Positions 37,601 to 50,160 of a DNA stretch of 64,000 nt are shown here, in pieces. The stretch lies in the NCBI GenBank assembly GCA_002633005.1, contig NMRA01000273.1, forward strand, positions 191,555 through 255,554, in the 5' to 3' direction. The translations under genes and the position numbers were made by a program. Origin of the DNA: Phoronis australis (taxonomy: Eukaryota; Animalia; Phoronida). Position 1 is the stretch's first letter, and every line of letters begins with the position of its first letter. The notes under the pieces were generated by a model. It saw only the letters and a program-made list of their open reading frames with translations, did not search any database and was not told the origin of the DNA.

Positions 37601-40600
37601 CCTCAGACTATTTTAAAATTTCAAGCAAGCAACTAAATCCTTGTGCCAAATTTTGGAATGCTGCTCGTTTACAGGTGCGCCAACCTTGTCACTTCTTCTG
37701 TGTCAACAAAAAAATGAAAAATAAGTGTCCCAGTCTTGTGATTGTGGTCGTAAAAAGGTTCAAAACAAAATTCCTTCACATAAGTATAGGTATATTTACG
37801 CTTGGGTGGGTTTGAAATGGAATGGTGGGCCAGTAATCAAGCCACTGGTCTCAGAGGGTATTTAGACAAGCTTTGTCAACATCAGTGTCTATTGTCTGTT
37901 TCTGAATAGTTACTGGGTTTGTGTGGATGCTATCAGCCCTTGGGGAAATATTGGTTGTCTGTGCCATATTTTACTGTCTGTCTTCTGTGGTCTGATTTAG
38001 ATCCCAAGCCTTCTGGGCTATTTACACTGCCATATATTCACCAGCAGTTGATTTTACACTCAATTTTGTATCATCACTTTAACCATGTGCTTTTAGAAAC
38101 ACATTTTGCTCTTGAGAATAAATGAATTTTAAGAAATGCGTTGTTATATACCAGTTGAAAATTTAGAGTCACTTGTGTAGGGTTGTAAAATAATACAGGA
38201 CTGAACATTATTTGGATTTTGTGGGCCATCAAGGGGGCGGTAGTTATCTACATTCCATAAATTACCCCTTCATTATAGTGCTGTATACTTGGAGTGAGTT
38301 TACTGCACCCAGATTTCATGATTATTTCAGTAGAGTTGTTTTTTATGACCTGTTGATCCTACACAGGCTCAGTGTAAAGAACGGGGATTTAGTACTAGAA
38401 TTACTTTTCCAACGACCCTGGCTCGTGGTCTTTCATTTCCACACAGTACGCTTTAATGTAAAATGTGATATTTTTATGTTGCATTACACTTCCCAATTAG
38501 AAAATGCCAATGCAATACGGCTTTGGTATATATTACTTAGGACACCTGTTGACTGTCCCTTGTAATTAAAAGGGTGTTGCTGTCCGCTTGCTGGACTGGA
38601 GCCTAAATGGTATATAATTATGAGATTTTCATCAAAAACAAACTTTTGCTTTAGACTACTTATTGTTATGAAATTTGATTTCAATTTGCTCCTTAGTCAA
38701 AATGGATGTGATCCCTGGGCTGCAAAAGATCTCGCCTCTACAACTTTGTAAAGTCACGGTGTGTCATTTTAGGCACCGAACATGGTCTCAGGGAGCAGGA
38801 AACTGTCGGCTCTTTGCAAATCCGAAAGTCACTTCCCATGTTTATATGAAACAACTGGAGACCATTTTTAGCGGTATGTAGTTTAAATCAAGGATTCGTT
38901 TCTTCGACGTTACGCAGGTTTATAGCTGTTTTAAACATCTACCTCTCACTCCCAATAATAAAAGCTTCATGGCTTCTTGGTTTTCCACACTGGGTTGGTA
39001 TCGCTAAATCAGACGATCGCTCGAGCTGATGATCGTTAAAAGAATAATTATAAGTTACTCATCACAGGATAAATTTCAGGTTCACGGACCAGTGGCTATT
39101 TTGAAAGCGCCCGTGAACCAATTCTCTGTCGATATCTGATCTGAGCTTCAGTACCCTCCCAGCAGGATGCTGGTGCATTTCCATAACAGACTACCGGCCC
39201 GTCAGCAATATTTGTCCGTCTTCACAGGCTGGGTAATTTGGGATACTTACTTACCGTCATGACTCACAGAACCGGTGGGCGTTTGGTTCTATCCAGTTCA
39301 ACTAAAAAGTTTCAAGTCAACGATATTGATCTGTTTCGACGGCAGCTGATGACGAAAAAAGCATAAAATCTTGTCCTTGAAACATCTCTTGAAAGGCAAA
39401 TTTCCGAGGTTGCAATACATATCTGTTGGGCCTCGAACGACATTGTTTTATAGTCCGAGTTTGGCTGCCTCTAAAGCCACTTCGACGGTGCGCCAAATAA
39501 GATAAGTGGAATGTTTCGGAAAACTCTCAGTGGTTACTATTGTGGATCTTAGTATTCAAATGGTTTTGCTGAAAGGGAGCGATATGGCCAATGGTCGCGA
39601 GTTCTATTCTTACGCATATAGGCGTAAGCCATTACAGTGCCAGTTGACGGACGAATAAATCGTTAAGACAAAGCGTGATTAATTGAATGATAATGGAAAA
39701 TTACAAGCTAATTGTGGGCTGTGTCAATAGTACTAATGTGAGAGACAGTTCTGGCGTAATAAGTACAAGCAACATCGATGCTTCCACGAATGTCCATTGG
39801 ACGGAAGTTTTTGTAGCGTTCACACTTTCACCGCATGTGTCTTGCGAACAACTTCAAAACACATGTCACACTTTTTAGAAACTTTTACACATTTTACGAA
39901 ACAAAGTCTTGTTCTCCCGACGAAAGAAAATTTTATTTGTTTTCAATATTATAGTGGTATTTTTATGTGTATTGCAATCGTCACGAAAAAACCCCGTTGT
40001 CATCGAGCCCAGCGCGGCAGAGGGTATTGGGGAGGGTATTTGTCAAATTATTCTTATCGCGTTTCCTGTCGATGGGGGTATCTGGGAGGGTATTTGTGTG
40101 AAGGTATTTTCTGCCTTATCTCGCTGTGGGAGGGTATTGTGACGTTTTCTTTTCATTCGCTGTTCTTCGCCAAACTTGTGGGATTTATTTTGGTTGGGGG
40201 TAAACTTTTTTCTACAGTAGGTCAATTTTAACAAATTTAGAAAATCACGATTCTCCAAATGTTGCTATCCGTTTGCTATAGCCTTTCTCTCCGGTTAACA
40301 ACGCAACCTGTACTATATTGAGATGAATAACGCACAATGACATCTTTATGGTTTTATTCATTGTTATATTTTTCCGTTACTGTACTCTCATACTTCGTGA
40401 TTATTTATTTCCCATATTTCTCGGCACTTTGATGTCGTGCACTGAAACAACACGGGTTACGTGAAATGTGTGATGTTGATCGATCGGAATCACAATCCGT
40501 GCAGTGTGAACAAAAAATAAAACTTTGCGGAAGCTGACGTTGGTCTTCGGGTGTTTATGTTTATTCCCGCGTCATCGGATATTTTGGCTCTAAAGGACTC

Positions 40601-42296
40601 GCAAAGCGCAAATCACCGCCAAGGAAAATGTAGATTTAACCGATAAATGTCTTCTTAGCCTCTTTTGGAGATCTGTATTTAGAAAATCCTCTGTTCAAGT
40701 CGAAACTGGTCATGTTGTGCCTAACGTTTCGTAAATTCGTTTAAAAGCGCTTCGTTGAGCTCAAACCCTTTTGCACTGGAGTAGTGGGTGTAATTCCCCA
40801 TTCGTTTTATGAACGTACCACCCATCTACGGTCAGCTAAACGAATTCCCCGAAAGCGACGGTTGTTTAATTGTTAAGTGTTCTCGTAGGACCCAGTTTGC
40901 CCACGCAACAGGGAAATTGACATTTTCAAGAACAAGCAGAGTTATATCACCAAGATTCACGAGATTATTCATAATTTGCTACGCAAACAATTAGTCTCAG
41001 GCATATTTCACATTGTTGGGAAATGGGTAACCCTGGCGGGGCTTTATTCTCAGGGATAAAAATAGGCTTAGACAAACTTTGCCAGTTGACGGTGACGTTT
41101 CAGTTCAAAATGTTAAATTATCATCCTAAAGCATGTTTCCGGAATAGAACTTACACTACAATGCCCACTTCCGCAAATGGAGTTTCCCGTCACATCCCGG
41201 AAATCACAATGCGCTTCCGTAAAGGGTACTTCCGTTAACGTGCTCGATATTTCGCAACTGTTCTGATCACGGAAATCATGCTCAACTATCAGACAGCTGT
41301 CGATGTAAACCAAGTGGATCACATTGCATAAAACTTGCTCATTGACAGAGACCTTTCCAGATTTCTACCTTGGTTCTAGTTCTGTTTGCCATGCCCTGAA
41401 CATAACAATGTTCGCAACCCGCTTTGGGCAGGACCGTCCCACTTTTTCAAGTTGAAGCGTTGCCGTCCTGTGTTCCGATACAGCATCAGAATGTTTTGGA
41501 GACGAGGCGAAATTTACCTATTTCCCTTTTCTATTTCACAGACCCGGCTGAAAGTAACAAAAATAAAAAATGCCGCCGGTAGGTTTCTGGATGCTCGGTG
41601 GATATTTGCCCCTTGCCTTGACTCAAATTCCCGCGTTTTTTAACTTTAGAATGTTCCCACTTATGCATACACGGAGTAGTAATACGACATGTAATAAGTC
41701 ACTGAACATGAGAAATGTTCATGAACTGTTATGTTCAGCTAAACTTACAGTTTCCTTGGTATTTATTTGAAGGCAGACGAGAACGTGAACATGATCTCAA
41801 ATTAAAATCTGTGCCCTGAAGCTTGAAATTTTATTCTAATCTATTCGGAGACAGGCAGGCTTCTATAAATAAACGGCCTGTTTGATTAAATTTCTGACCA
41901 TTACTCTTCAGTCAGTTGCATTTAGACAAGTTAATGAATTAAACGGTGATCTTGAACGGCAAATGGAGTTTTGCGCAATTTGCGGAAAGAGCGCTGACGA
42001 CAACCTGTTACTAGTTCGTGTAGAGTTTCGTCCCCCATTAACGGTGGGAGAAGTGGTCGGAAAATGCCACAGGTCTGTTTCTAATAAAACCAGTCAAAGT
42101 AATTTTAAGTGTCCAGGCTGACCGTGGTTAATAGTTTAGTTAAACTGTTGCCTTTTCGCTGTGGTCCTTGTGTTGACCACTCGCCTGAAGGGGGATTGGT
42201 ACATAATTACCCGGAAAAAACAGGGTCAAAAGTACAGCGGCACAACACAATAAATAGTTGTTTATTATATGAGTATGTCACGTCACATGAGACGTG

Positions 42297-42806
42297 GGCC
42301 AATTCCCTTATAGGGTGTTTACGCTTTACACCTGGCTGACCGTCATCAACGTGCTACTCATAGCCACACATGTGACGTCATGCGTGGCCCCTTTCCTATG
42401 TTGAGATAAGCCTCGCTAAAGCCAACTCCAAATATGTTTGTGGAATAACAACGCCCGAGTGGCCCCCGTCTCTTTCGGTGTGCTTGGAGGGACTAGGCGC
42501 TTCTTGTNACCAAACGACAAGCTTTTGCCCCACTTCCCGTGACGTCACAGTTAAGTCTCACATAATCTCGCGTTATTGTTATAAACTCGCAAAAGGCCTA
42601 TTCCCTTATAGGGTGTTTACGCTTTACACCTGGCTGACCGTCATCAACGTGCTACTCATAGCCACACATGTGACGTCATGCGTGGCCCCTTTCCTATGTT
42701 GAGATAAGCCTCGCTAAAGCCAACTCCAAATATGTTTGTGGAATAACAACGCCCGAGTGGCCCCCGTCTCTTTCGGTGTGCTTGGAGGGACTAGGCGCTT
42801 CTTGTT
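42297..42806. repeat. ~210-bp direct duplication (42297-42507 / 42595-42806) flanking n42508; probable assembly artefact
   Basis: Essentially identical copies; copy 1 ends exactly at the n. Confidence 0.85.
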
Positions 42807-44597
42807 GGGACCATTAGACCGAATTAAAAATGTTATTTGGAATTATAATCCGACTCCTGATTAGCCCCGATTGTCGAGAGATTTCGTTAGCGTCAGAGCC
42901 CTTGCCAATGGCTGTTATACGGTTATTATATGAATCCCTTCAGACGCCCCTTTTGTTACGCTCACAGTAAACATGAGTAGAATTGTTCAACACAATGGAG
43001 GCCTAGTGGCTTTTTGTCAATAGAGTACACCCGCTATCCAATGCGCCTCCGGCGTTGGTCATTGTTATGAATATTGCAAGTGGCAAGTCTTTGAAAGTAA
43101 GAATACCTTTATTATTCCCTCGGTGAATTCCACCGTAAACAGGTTGGGGAATTACACGAGGTTAGAAGTCTTCTATCGGACAGTCGTGTAATAAAATTAT
43201 GGAGAAAAATGCGGCACTTATTTCATCAAGTTATCAAAATGTATGCTGTTGTGTGTATTCCAGAATATTCGCACATAATGTCGTTACAACACCAGTGGCG
43301 TAACCCTAAACCACAAAATGAAATAAGTTGACAAGTATTAAACCGCAATGTTTATTGGAAGACGGTTATTCTCGTTCACTGGACCAGTCAACAAGTGATG
43401 TTCCCGTTATGAAAAGTCGTTTTGAAACATTGTCTTTAGGCAAGACACGAGACAAAAATAGACAATGGCCCAAATGAAGATTTGTATCTTATGCCAGAAC
43501 AACGCTACATTGTGTTTATTGCAAGCGTCGTCCAAACAAGTTACGACGACACTCTACCGAAGTAGTTTTGAACCAATATGGAGATAAATCAATCTGTAGA
43601 GGAGCTCTGATATCATTTAAACGTGACGGTGAATGGAATCCAGATCAAATAAAATCAACTTCCGCCATGCGTAATCTAAAAAAGTTAGTCCTCATTAACG
43701 TAACGCGATGTAGGTTGAATGGCAGTGGACTAAACCAACATCAAAATGGATCGAGCGATCACTTTCAAGTGGAAGCCAATCGTATTTTGCGCCGCTAAAT
43801 GTGTACTTTGACACGCTAAGTAAATTTACCCGCTTAAACGTGCACACGAATTTGTAATGAAGCGAGAACCCAGTTTTAACCGTAAGCTAGGCATCGTTAG
43901 CTCTGCCCATAACCAGATAACATATCAGTTTTTGACAAACAAGCGAAGCATGAGATGGACATACGGGCTGTTTGCCGTTTCATGGGTTTTGTATCGTAGT
44001 GTACGTTAGAAAGGCGGAATGTCGTTTAATGGTACATTCCGCTTAAGCCTATCGCATGTGTTAGCCATACGTAGGGAAACTAGGACTAATTTGTTACACT
44101 CAACATAAACAGTACAAAATCAACAAGTCCACTCGTTCGGAGCACCCAAACGCTAGTAGAAACAGCTGATCATAAATATATATATAGGAATCCAGCACTG
44201 CATTTTTGATTGTGAGGTTAATGAGTGCGTTTGCAACCAAGATCTGTTGTTGTAACCTCTGAGCACTTACTCATCTAGATATAAAGGGCTGATAGACGTG
44301 AAAAGATAAATTCAACTCAAAACATACGAAAATGGCCATTTTTAAGGCAAGGAAGAGGTATTCCAGCTACCTTTGAGTGTTAAACACAAGTAACATAGGT
44401 GAAAAGCATTTAATTCAGATGAATTTTGTCTTAAATACAGATGATATGAAACACATACATGTAGTAACTGTTGGACCAACCTTTCCGGCGGTGGATAATT
44501 TAACAGAAAATAATATATAATATACATTCCTATGAACACTCAAGAGCCACAATGAGCCCACAATATTAATTTACAAAATGCATAGTTTTATAAGTAT

Positions 44598-44889
44598 AAT
44601 AAATAAGTCTCAGATAAGTTAAACTGAAGATCTATACAGGTTTTACTGTGGCAAAAAGGTGACAAATAGTTTTATTGCATGCCGATTCTTAACAAACATA
44701 AAACCAAGTATTCCATCGTATTACACAAACAATGTACGACCTTCCATAAAATAATAACACAATAGAAAAGTGGAAACAATTTGAACTCAATAGTCAATTC
44801 ACTTTGTGAGCTGAATTCAGTAATCTCCAACTTTTTCGTATAAATAAATACTCCCCAGAGGAATGAAATTATTACACATAAGATAAATA
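44598..44889 (-). promoter_or_regulatory. AU-rich elements in the TIS11 3' UTR
   Basis: Minus-strand UUAUUUAUU (44606-44598), UAUUUAUUUAU (44850-44840) and UAUUUAU (44889-44883) downstream of the stop codon. AATAAA candidates at 44676-44671 and further downstream (43520-43515, 43356-43351). Confidence 0.7.
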
Positions 44890-45098
44890 GTCAAATAAAA
44901 TTATTACACAAGTACATAAAACTAAATTGCCTTGAAAATGCATAGTTGTCGTATTAAGTACTAAGAGTCTATCCAGACTTAAAAGGAATCAGTCATTTGA
45001 ACTGTTTTTTAAGGTTTTCATGTAACACAAAGTCCCGTGCATTATAACAAGGTCAAAATCACAGTATTTTTTTACAAGGTTGATGTCCTTGCACCGGT

Positions 45099-46061
45099 TT
45101 AATCTTCAAGGGACAATCGACTGAAAACTGGCAATCTCAAACCTCGGCTAACCTCTAGTGGTGAACTACATGTGTTGCTGTCGTCATACAGTGGAGGGGA
45201 TGGTGGGGCTCCAAATATATCCTCCTCCGGGGTGAGGAACGTGTTTCCTATTTGATTCATTGCCAGGCTCTGGAAGTGCTGCTGAAAGTTTGTTGGCGAC
45301 GGTGGCATGTCAGGGAAGATGAAATTCTGAGCATGGAGTTGCACTGGTGCGCTGGCTGGTGGCGGATGCAATGGAGAGAACAGGCTAAACACATCGTCGT
45401 TGAGGAAAGTTGGACTGAGAGACGGACTGTCACCACCACTGATGCTTGATGGGGGCGAGTCCGCCGTGCTGCCAAGGGGAAGACTAAAGTTGCCTGGCTT
45501 GGTTCTAATGGGCACTTGTGGAGCTTGACTGGGCAACGCAGTCTGATGCTTTGTGATTTGATTCATTTTCACACGTTCAGCATCGCTGTGGATAAAATGG
45601 CAACGTGGTCCGTATGGGCAGTAGCCAGTCGTATGGAATGTTCTGCATAGCTCAGTTTTGTATTTTGGATGACGCGAGAGACTTCTTAGTTCATGAGCAC
45701 CGTGAGCGAATTGGCACTTATCACCGTATTTACAATGTCCCGACTCCTCGAATGGTCGACACAACTCTGTCTTATATCGGCTCGAGTTGACATTTTGGGA
45801 GGTCTGACGCGCCTGTGAACGATCGTTGGGTTCTGACAGCGTTCTGTCTAAGCGCTGGTGGGATGGCTGAAGCGGAGAGTCGGTAATCGAGATCAGTTGG
45901 CTGAGGGATGGACTAGTTTTACCATTCACACTTGTCGGCGTAAAAGCACTGATACTCCGTGGTCGGAAGGCGGTATTCTGTAAAGTTGGCGCAGCTCCGA
46001 CAATTTTTCGCTGCTCACTTGTTGGACTAGATCTGAAGTTGGTTGTGCCGGTGTTGCGAGA
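45099..46061 (-). CDS. ZFP36L1: TIS11/ZFP36-family tandem CCCH zinc-finger protein, coding exon 2 (spliced protein 340 aa)
   Basis: Poly-T tract + CAG acceptor at 46062-46064. Two CX8CX5CX3H fingers with RYKTEL/KYKTEL lead-ins (45779-45588). RLDRTLSEP resembles the RxRxxS site. C-terminal [12 protein letters not shown] matches the CNOT1-binding motif of the family. Confidence 0.97.
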   Translation of the reverse strand, partial: SRNTGTTNFRSSPTSEQRKIVGAAPTLQNTAFRPRSISAFTPTSVNGKTSPSLSQLISITDSPLQPSHQRLDRTLSEPNDRSQARQTSQNVNSSRYKTELCRPFEESGHCKYGDKCQFAHGAHELRSLSRHPKYKTELCRTFHTTGYCPYGPRCHFIHSDAERVKMNQITKHQTALPSQAPQVPIRTKPGNFSLPLGSTADSPPSSISGGDSPSLSPTFLNDDVFSLFSPLHPPPASAPVQLHAQNFIFPDMPPSPTNFQQHFQSLAMNQIGNTFLTPEEDIFGAPPSPPLYDDSNTCSSPLEVSRGLRLPVFSRLSLED

Positions 46062-46327
46062 CTGAAAAAAAATAAAGTAGGTCAGCATGTTTGCCACCAA
46101 GTACTAAGCCAGTTACCACTGAAAAATCACAAAATCCATTTAATTAAAACCTTGTATAAATCTCATACTCATTACAGTTAGATTTACTTAAAACAAGCAC
46201 TTGTCAAAATTTATGTATCGGAATTTTTAACTGGAGCAAATCCGTGAAGCAACAAGTCCCGCGCATTCCAATACTTGCGTTATCTCATTTTTAGTTCATT
46301 GAACAACCGTTTAACAAGTATATTTAC

Positions 46328-46387
46328 CTGGTAGAAAAAATCTCCAACGTCCACGTCATAAAAAGCAGAAACTAAAGGAGTACTCAT
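46328..46387 (-). CDS. ZFP36L1: TIS11/ZFP36-family mRNA decay activator, coding exon 1 (MSTPLVSAFYDVDVGDFFYQ)
   Basis: ATG at 46387, 20 codons, then CAG|GTAAAT donor. The peptide resembles the N-termini of vertebrate ZFP36L2 (MSTTLLSAFYDVD) and ZFP36L1. It joins exon 2 in phase 0. The symbol denotes the family (invertebrate Tis11 co-orthologue of ZFP36/L1/L2). Confidence 0.9.
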
Positions 46388-46454
46388 AATTCTAAGTTGA
46401 ACTTCTCTGTTGATTTTGACAAACTAGACCAGCAATCACAACTACTAAACGGCT

Positions 46455-46545
46455 TCCAAACTGCTGAGGTAAAGCGTGGTTGACTTTTAAAGACTAACGA
46501 GGTCGAGGGGCGGAGTCTGTAAAGAAACAAAGTTTGTGATTGGTT
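46455..46545 (-). promoter_or_regulatory. TIS11 core promoter (CCAAT box, GC box, TATA-like TTTAAAAG)
   Basis: Read on the minus strand: CCAATC at 46538-46543, GC box GGGGCGGAG at 46507-46515, TTTAAAAG at 46484-46491. The order and spacing are canonical, about 100 bp upstream of the ATG. Confidence 0.65.
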
Positions 46546-47328
46546 TGCCGATCGCTACCTCTAAGTGTGTGCAACTAGTGAATACCACGTGATCTACTCA
46601 CGCTGTTGTGACTTGAGTGAATGAATCGTGAGGAGTTTTGTTTCACTGGCTGGTGGAGGTCGGACAGATGTGACAAAATTCATGAAAAATCTGATGTAGA
46701 ATTCGTTAATAATGTTCATGACTAATTATGAAATTAATGTATGTTTTAAGTAATGTGTGCCATGATTTTGGAGAACATGCAACAATTCGTTTTCTGTATT
46801 TACACACCAATGACCATCGTCGAATTATTGAGTGACGTCATAATACACAGCGAAAAGTATTTTACCGATCGAGAAAACAAGTTGGCAGAAGTCGGAGGAA
46901 TATACATGTTGCTCTGATTCATGAGTTTTTTGAAGGACACGTCTCGTGTCTTTCCATAAGAGTAGACTCAAAATAACTGTATGATCAATTTCTATACTAA
47001 CTTAGCATTTCAAATTCAATATCAATTTTCCTCAAAATTTCATCCAACTAGACAAAGCTGTGTTTACAAGACACGCTTCAATTGATATCACGTGACCAAA
47101 ATTTCCCGCGTTTTCTGACAGCTGTTCGTTCGCGCCATTTAACCAGCACACATGAGTCAGGGCAGTAATATACGCTTACTGATGACATACGCAGATTTCA
47201 CAATCTCTTCAAGATAATTCATCATCGGGGCAGATGTTATCGCCAAGCTACGGATTACTTACACAAGACTTTGCAACAGTATTGAATATTGTCAGTTTCA
47301 CGATGCAAGTTCGGAAAACTGTGATATG

Positions 47329-47548
47329 CAGTGGCGTCGGAAGCATTTTCATATAGTTCGATCGTCAAATGGCCGGCGAAGTCGGGGAGGGTACGGGAGG
47401 AAAATCCCGTCCGCGGGGGGTTTGGGGGTCTCTTCGGAAAATTTTGCAATTTCTAGTCTCATTTGGTCTGTTCTAGAGGCTTCAAAATGCCTGTTTTGGC
47501 GTACTTTATGGAAAATATTAGTCGGCCGGACATGTTCCGGCGCCTAAG
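47329..47548. mobile_element. Short hAT-like MITE
   Basis: CAGTGGCGTCGGAA ... TTCCGGCGCCTAAG termini with the internal GGGGGGTTTGGGGGTCTC...GAAAATTTTG motif typical of such elements. No clear 8-bp TSD. Confidence 0.5.
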
Positions 47549-50078
47549 AGATGCCATGATCGGATCTCGAGTTGGTTAGTCCAATCTCGGGTCATACCAA
47601 ACCTAAGCCAGCTTATATAATCTCGTGGCGAGTTAAGTTGCTCGGTTTATTGATATATTTGAAGTCACTCAGGTATGACTTTAGATTTCAAAAACATTGA
47701 AATGTGGATAAATTACAGCAGTCCCCTACGGAGTGGCAAGCCTCTACGGAGTGGTTGTTCATAGAGCGGCAAAACCCACTTTCAGCAAAAACTGCTTTTG
47801 ATTTACATCGCTTTTTGTTATGAACTAGGTCTCGAATTGTTCCTTGGTCAAATTGTAGATGATTCCAGGTCTTCGACAGAAATGATAGTACATTATTGTT
47901 TGAGAACACGCTCTACAAATTGGCTTCATGGCGTGTTATTTTGTGCGACGACCATGATCTCTACAAATAAGGAACTACCAGTTCTTCTCACACTTACAAA
48001 GTACTTTTGATTTGAGTAACGAACAAGTTGAGACCACTTTTATAACGGTATGTGGTCCAAGTTCGCTTCGTGGACAGGTTTATTGTCGCTTTAAATCGCG
48101 ACAGCTGGTTAACTCCATTCATGTTTTTTTTTTTCATGTAAAAGCGTTGTGTCGTCAAAAAGTTTATCTGTTCCCGGCATCGTTACACGAACCTACGTTA
48201 GGGCTTACTCACTGGCGCAGCGGATCTAGGATGTCCTATCCGTAGATCCGTCGTGTAAAAAGTCCCTTCATGGTATCAGTATGGCAACGCCAACGTATTT
48301 CAGCCTCTCAAACATAAATTAATCAGACTATTGTTTCCCTTTATATGAAATCTAAATGAACTTACGTATCAGATCTCAAGTGATTAAAGATGCATAGTTG
48401 CCAATGTTAAATTCTTAACCGATGCACTTTGGGGTTTTAAAACATAAGGCCTATCCTCACCCAATCTTGAATTATTATCGAATGAGCCGGTCACTCCAAT
48501 TTATACGCCATGTTCGAATCTGCCAATCCGAACTAAACTTTGAGTGTCTGATAGTTACGATGTTCTTGTTGGTTGGGGAAATAGAGTTCTATCTGATGGT
48601 GTGACCGACTTTACGAATGGAAAAGGAAAAAGTTGAATTTTCGTTTTTAGCCAGCATAATAGGTGAAATGCAGCTCGGATTTTACCGGAAATTTGCACTG
48701 CACCAACGCAAAGGAAACGAAACATCACGTTAGCTTCTTTTTAACAACAACCACTGGGTCAACTAAATACCCGTTTTGCGTCAACAAAGTGGATTTTCTC
48801 TTTTTATAAATTTTCGTTTCAAATTTCAGGCCTAGCCCGAACTTTCTCGTGGCAGTGCCGGTAATCTAATTAGAGACCGTTTGCATCGTGCCCGACATGG
48901 GACCGGCGCAAGGTTGAAAAAGCTAATACAAATGCGTCCACGCGTACTTGCGCGAAGTCTCAGCTGAACTTTGTAGAATATTCAACATGGCACCCGTTCA
49001 AAATAGCACTGGTGTTGTCCAATTCCGTGGTAGCCTATCGTTAAATGATTTTTCACTGCAACGCATCGTATGCAGCTGGCCACAAAAGAGATTCTTCGGA
49101 TTTTGCCATTCCCAGTTTCACACAAACTGTTGAAATGCAGGGAACTCGGGAATCGCAACTCATTCTAATTCCCGCACCACAGAAATCGGAATTACTCTGA
49201 AACTGTTGCAAACAAATATGTTCTATCCAGGTGCAGATGTGCAAGTAACCCCATTTACGCTCATTCTGCGAGCCACCTATTTTAGTTTAGCTACGTGTTG
49301 TTCGTGGGAAAACATGAAAAATATTTCCAACTTCTTGGGTATTAGTCAAGAAGGCGTTATGGGTAACCACATTGGGTGAATATGATGATGGATGACACTC
49401 ACTGAAACTAAATTTTCAAGTTCGTTCAATCGCCGTCAAAGCATGATGTGTTGGAATTTTGGTTATTTGTCCGTGGAAACGGGTCGCAGCATCACGCTCA
49501 TGGCTTTGTACTTTAACGTTGCGTAACATTTTTATCAATGTTCAAAAACTAACTTGTGTTCTGAAACAAAATAATGTCTAGTTTAAAAACAGAGTCAGAA
49601 TATTTAAACCCTCATTACCGACGCATCGCACATTTAGTCAGATGTTATAGTTTAGTTACAGTACTTAGAGATGAGCTATTGTTCGGTATTTACACGGCGT
49701 GAAAAGGGATTTCCAGAACAAATTGATGCAGCGACATCTATTGAGTACGAGATAATCTACTTGTGAATTTTAATGTCGGGTGTTAAATACACCCGCCATT
49801 TCTTGTCAAACTCTTACATTTAGAAGCATTATTAATCTTATTTCATACTTAACCTAAACTAATTTACAATTTTGACTGGATCACTTTATCACACGTCAAA
49901 GCGTTCGACATCGTGTTTTATCCCACTCGATGTGCTTCTACAGGCACATGAAGTAAATTTTATTTATTTATTCTTTTTTTATCTTCATTTTTGATCTTGC
50001 AATCTTTCGCGACTTGTTAGGTTCCTGGTAATTCGGAAATTTTCTCGGTCGTTACAGTACTCGCATTATACTATAAAG

Positions 50079-50084
50079 AAAAAA
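50079..50084 (-). terminator. RNA polymerase III terminator (T6) of tRNA-Arg
   Basis: TTTTTT on the minus strand 3 nt after the tRNA discriminator base. Confidence 0.8.
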
Positions 50085-50087
50085 TAT

Positions 50088-50160
50088 CGATCCTGCCAGG
50101 AGTCGAACCTGGAATCTCCTGATCCGTAGTCAGGCGCCTTGTCCATTGGGCCACAGGACC
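50088..50160 (-). tRNA. tRNA-Arg(ACG)
   Basis: GGTCCTGTGGCCCAATGGACAAGGCGCCTGACTACGGATCAGGAGATTCCAGGTTCGACTCCTGGCAGGATCG, 73 nt. Intact cloverleaf, anticodon ACG, A and B boxes. Confidence 0.97.

Noticed and set aside
46062-46100. ORF-track N-terminus [13 protein letters not shown] for TIS11
   Set aside because: It is the intron 3' end (polypyrimidine tract + CAG); the true start is in exon 1 at 46387.
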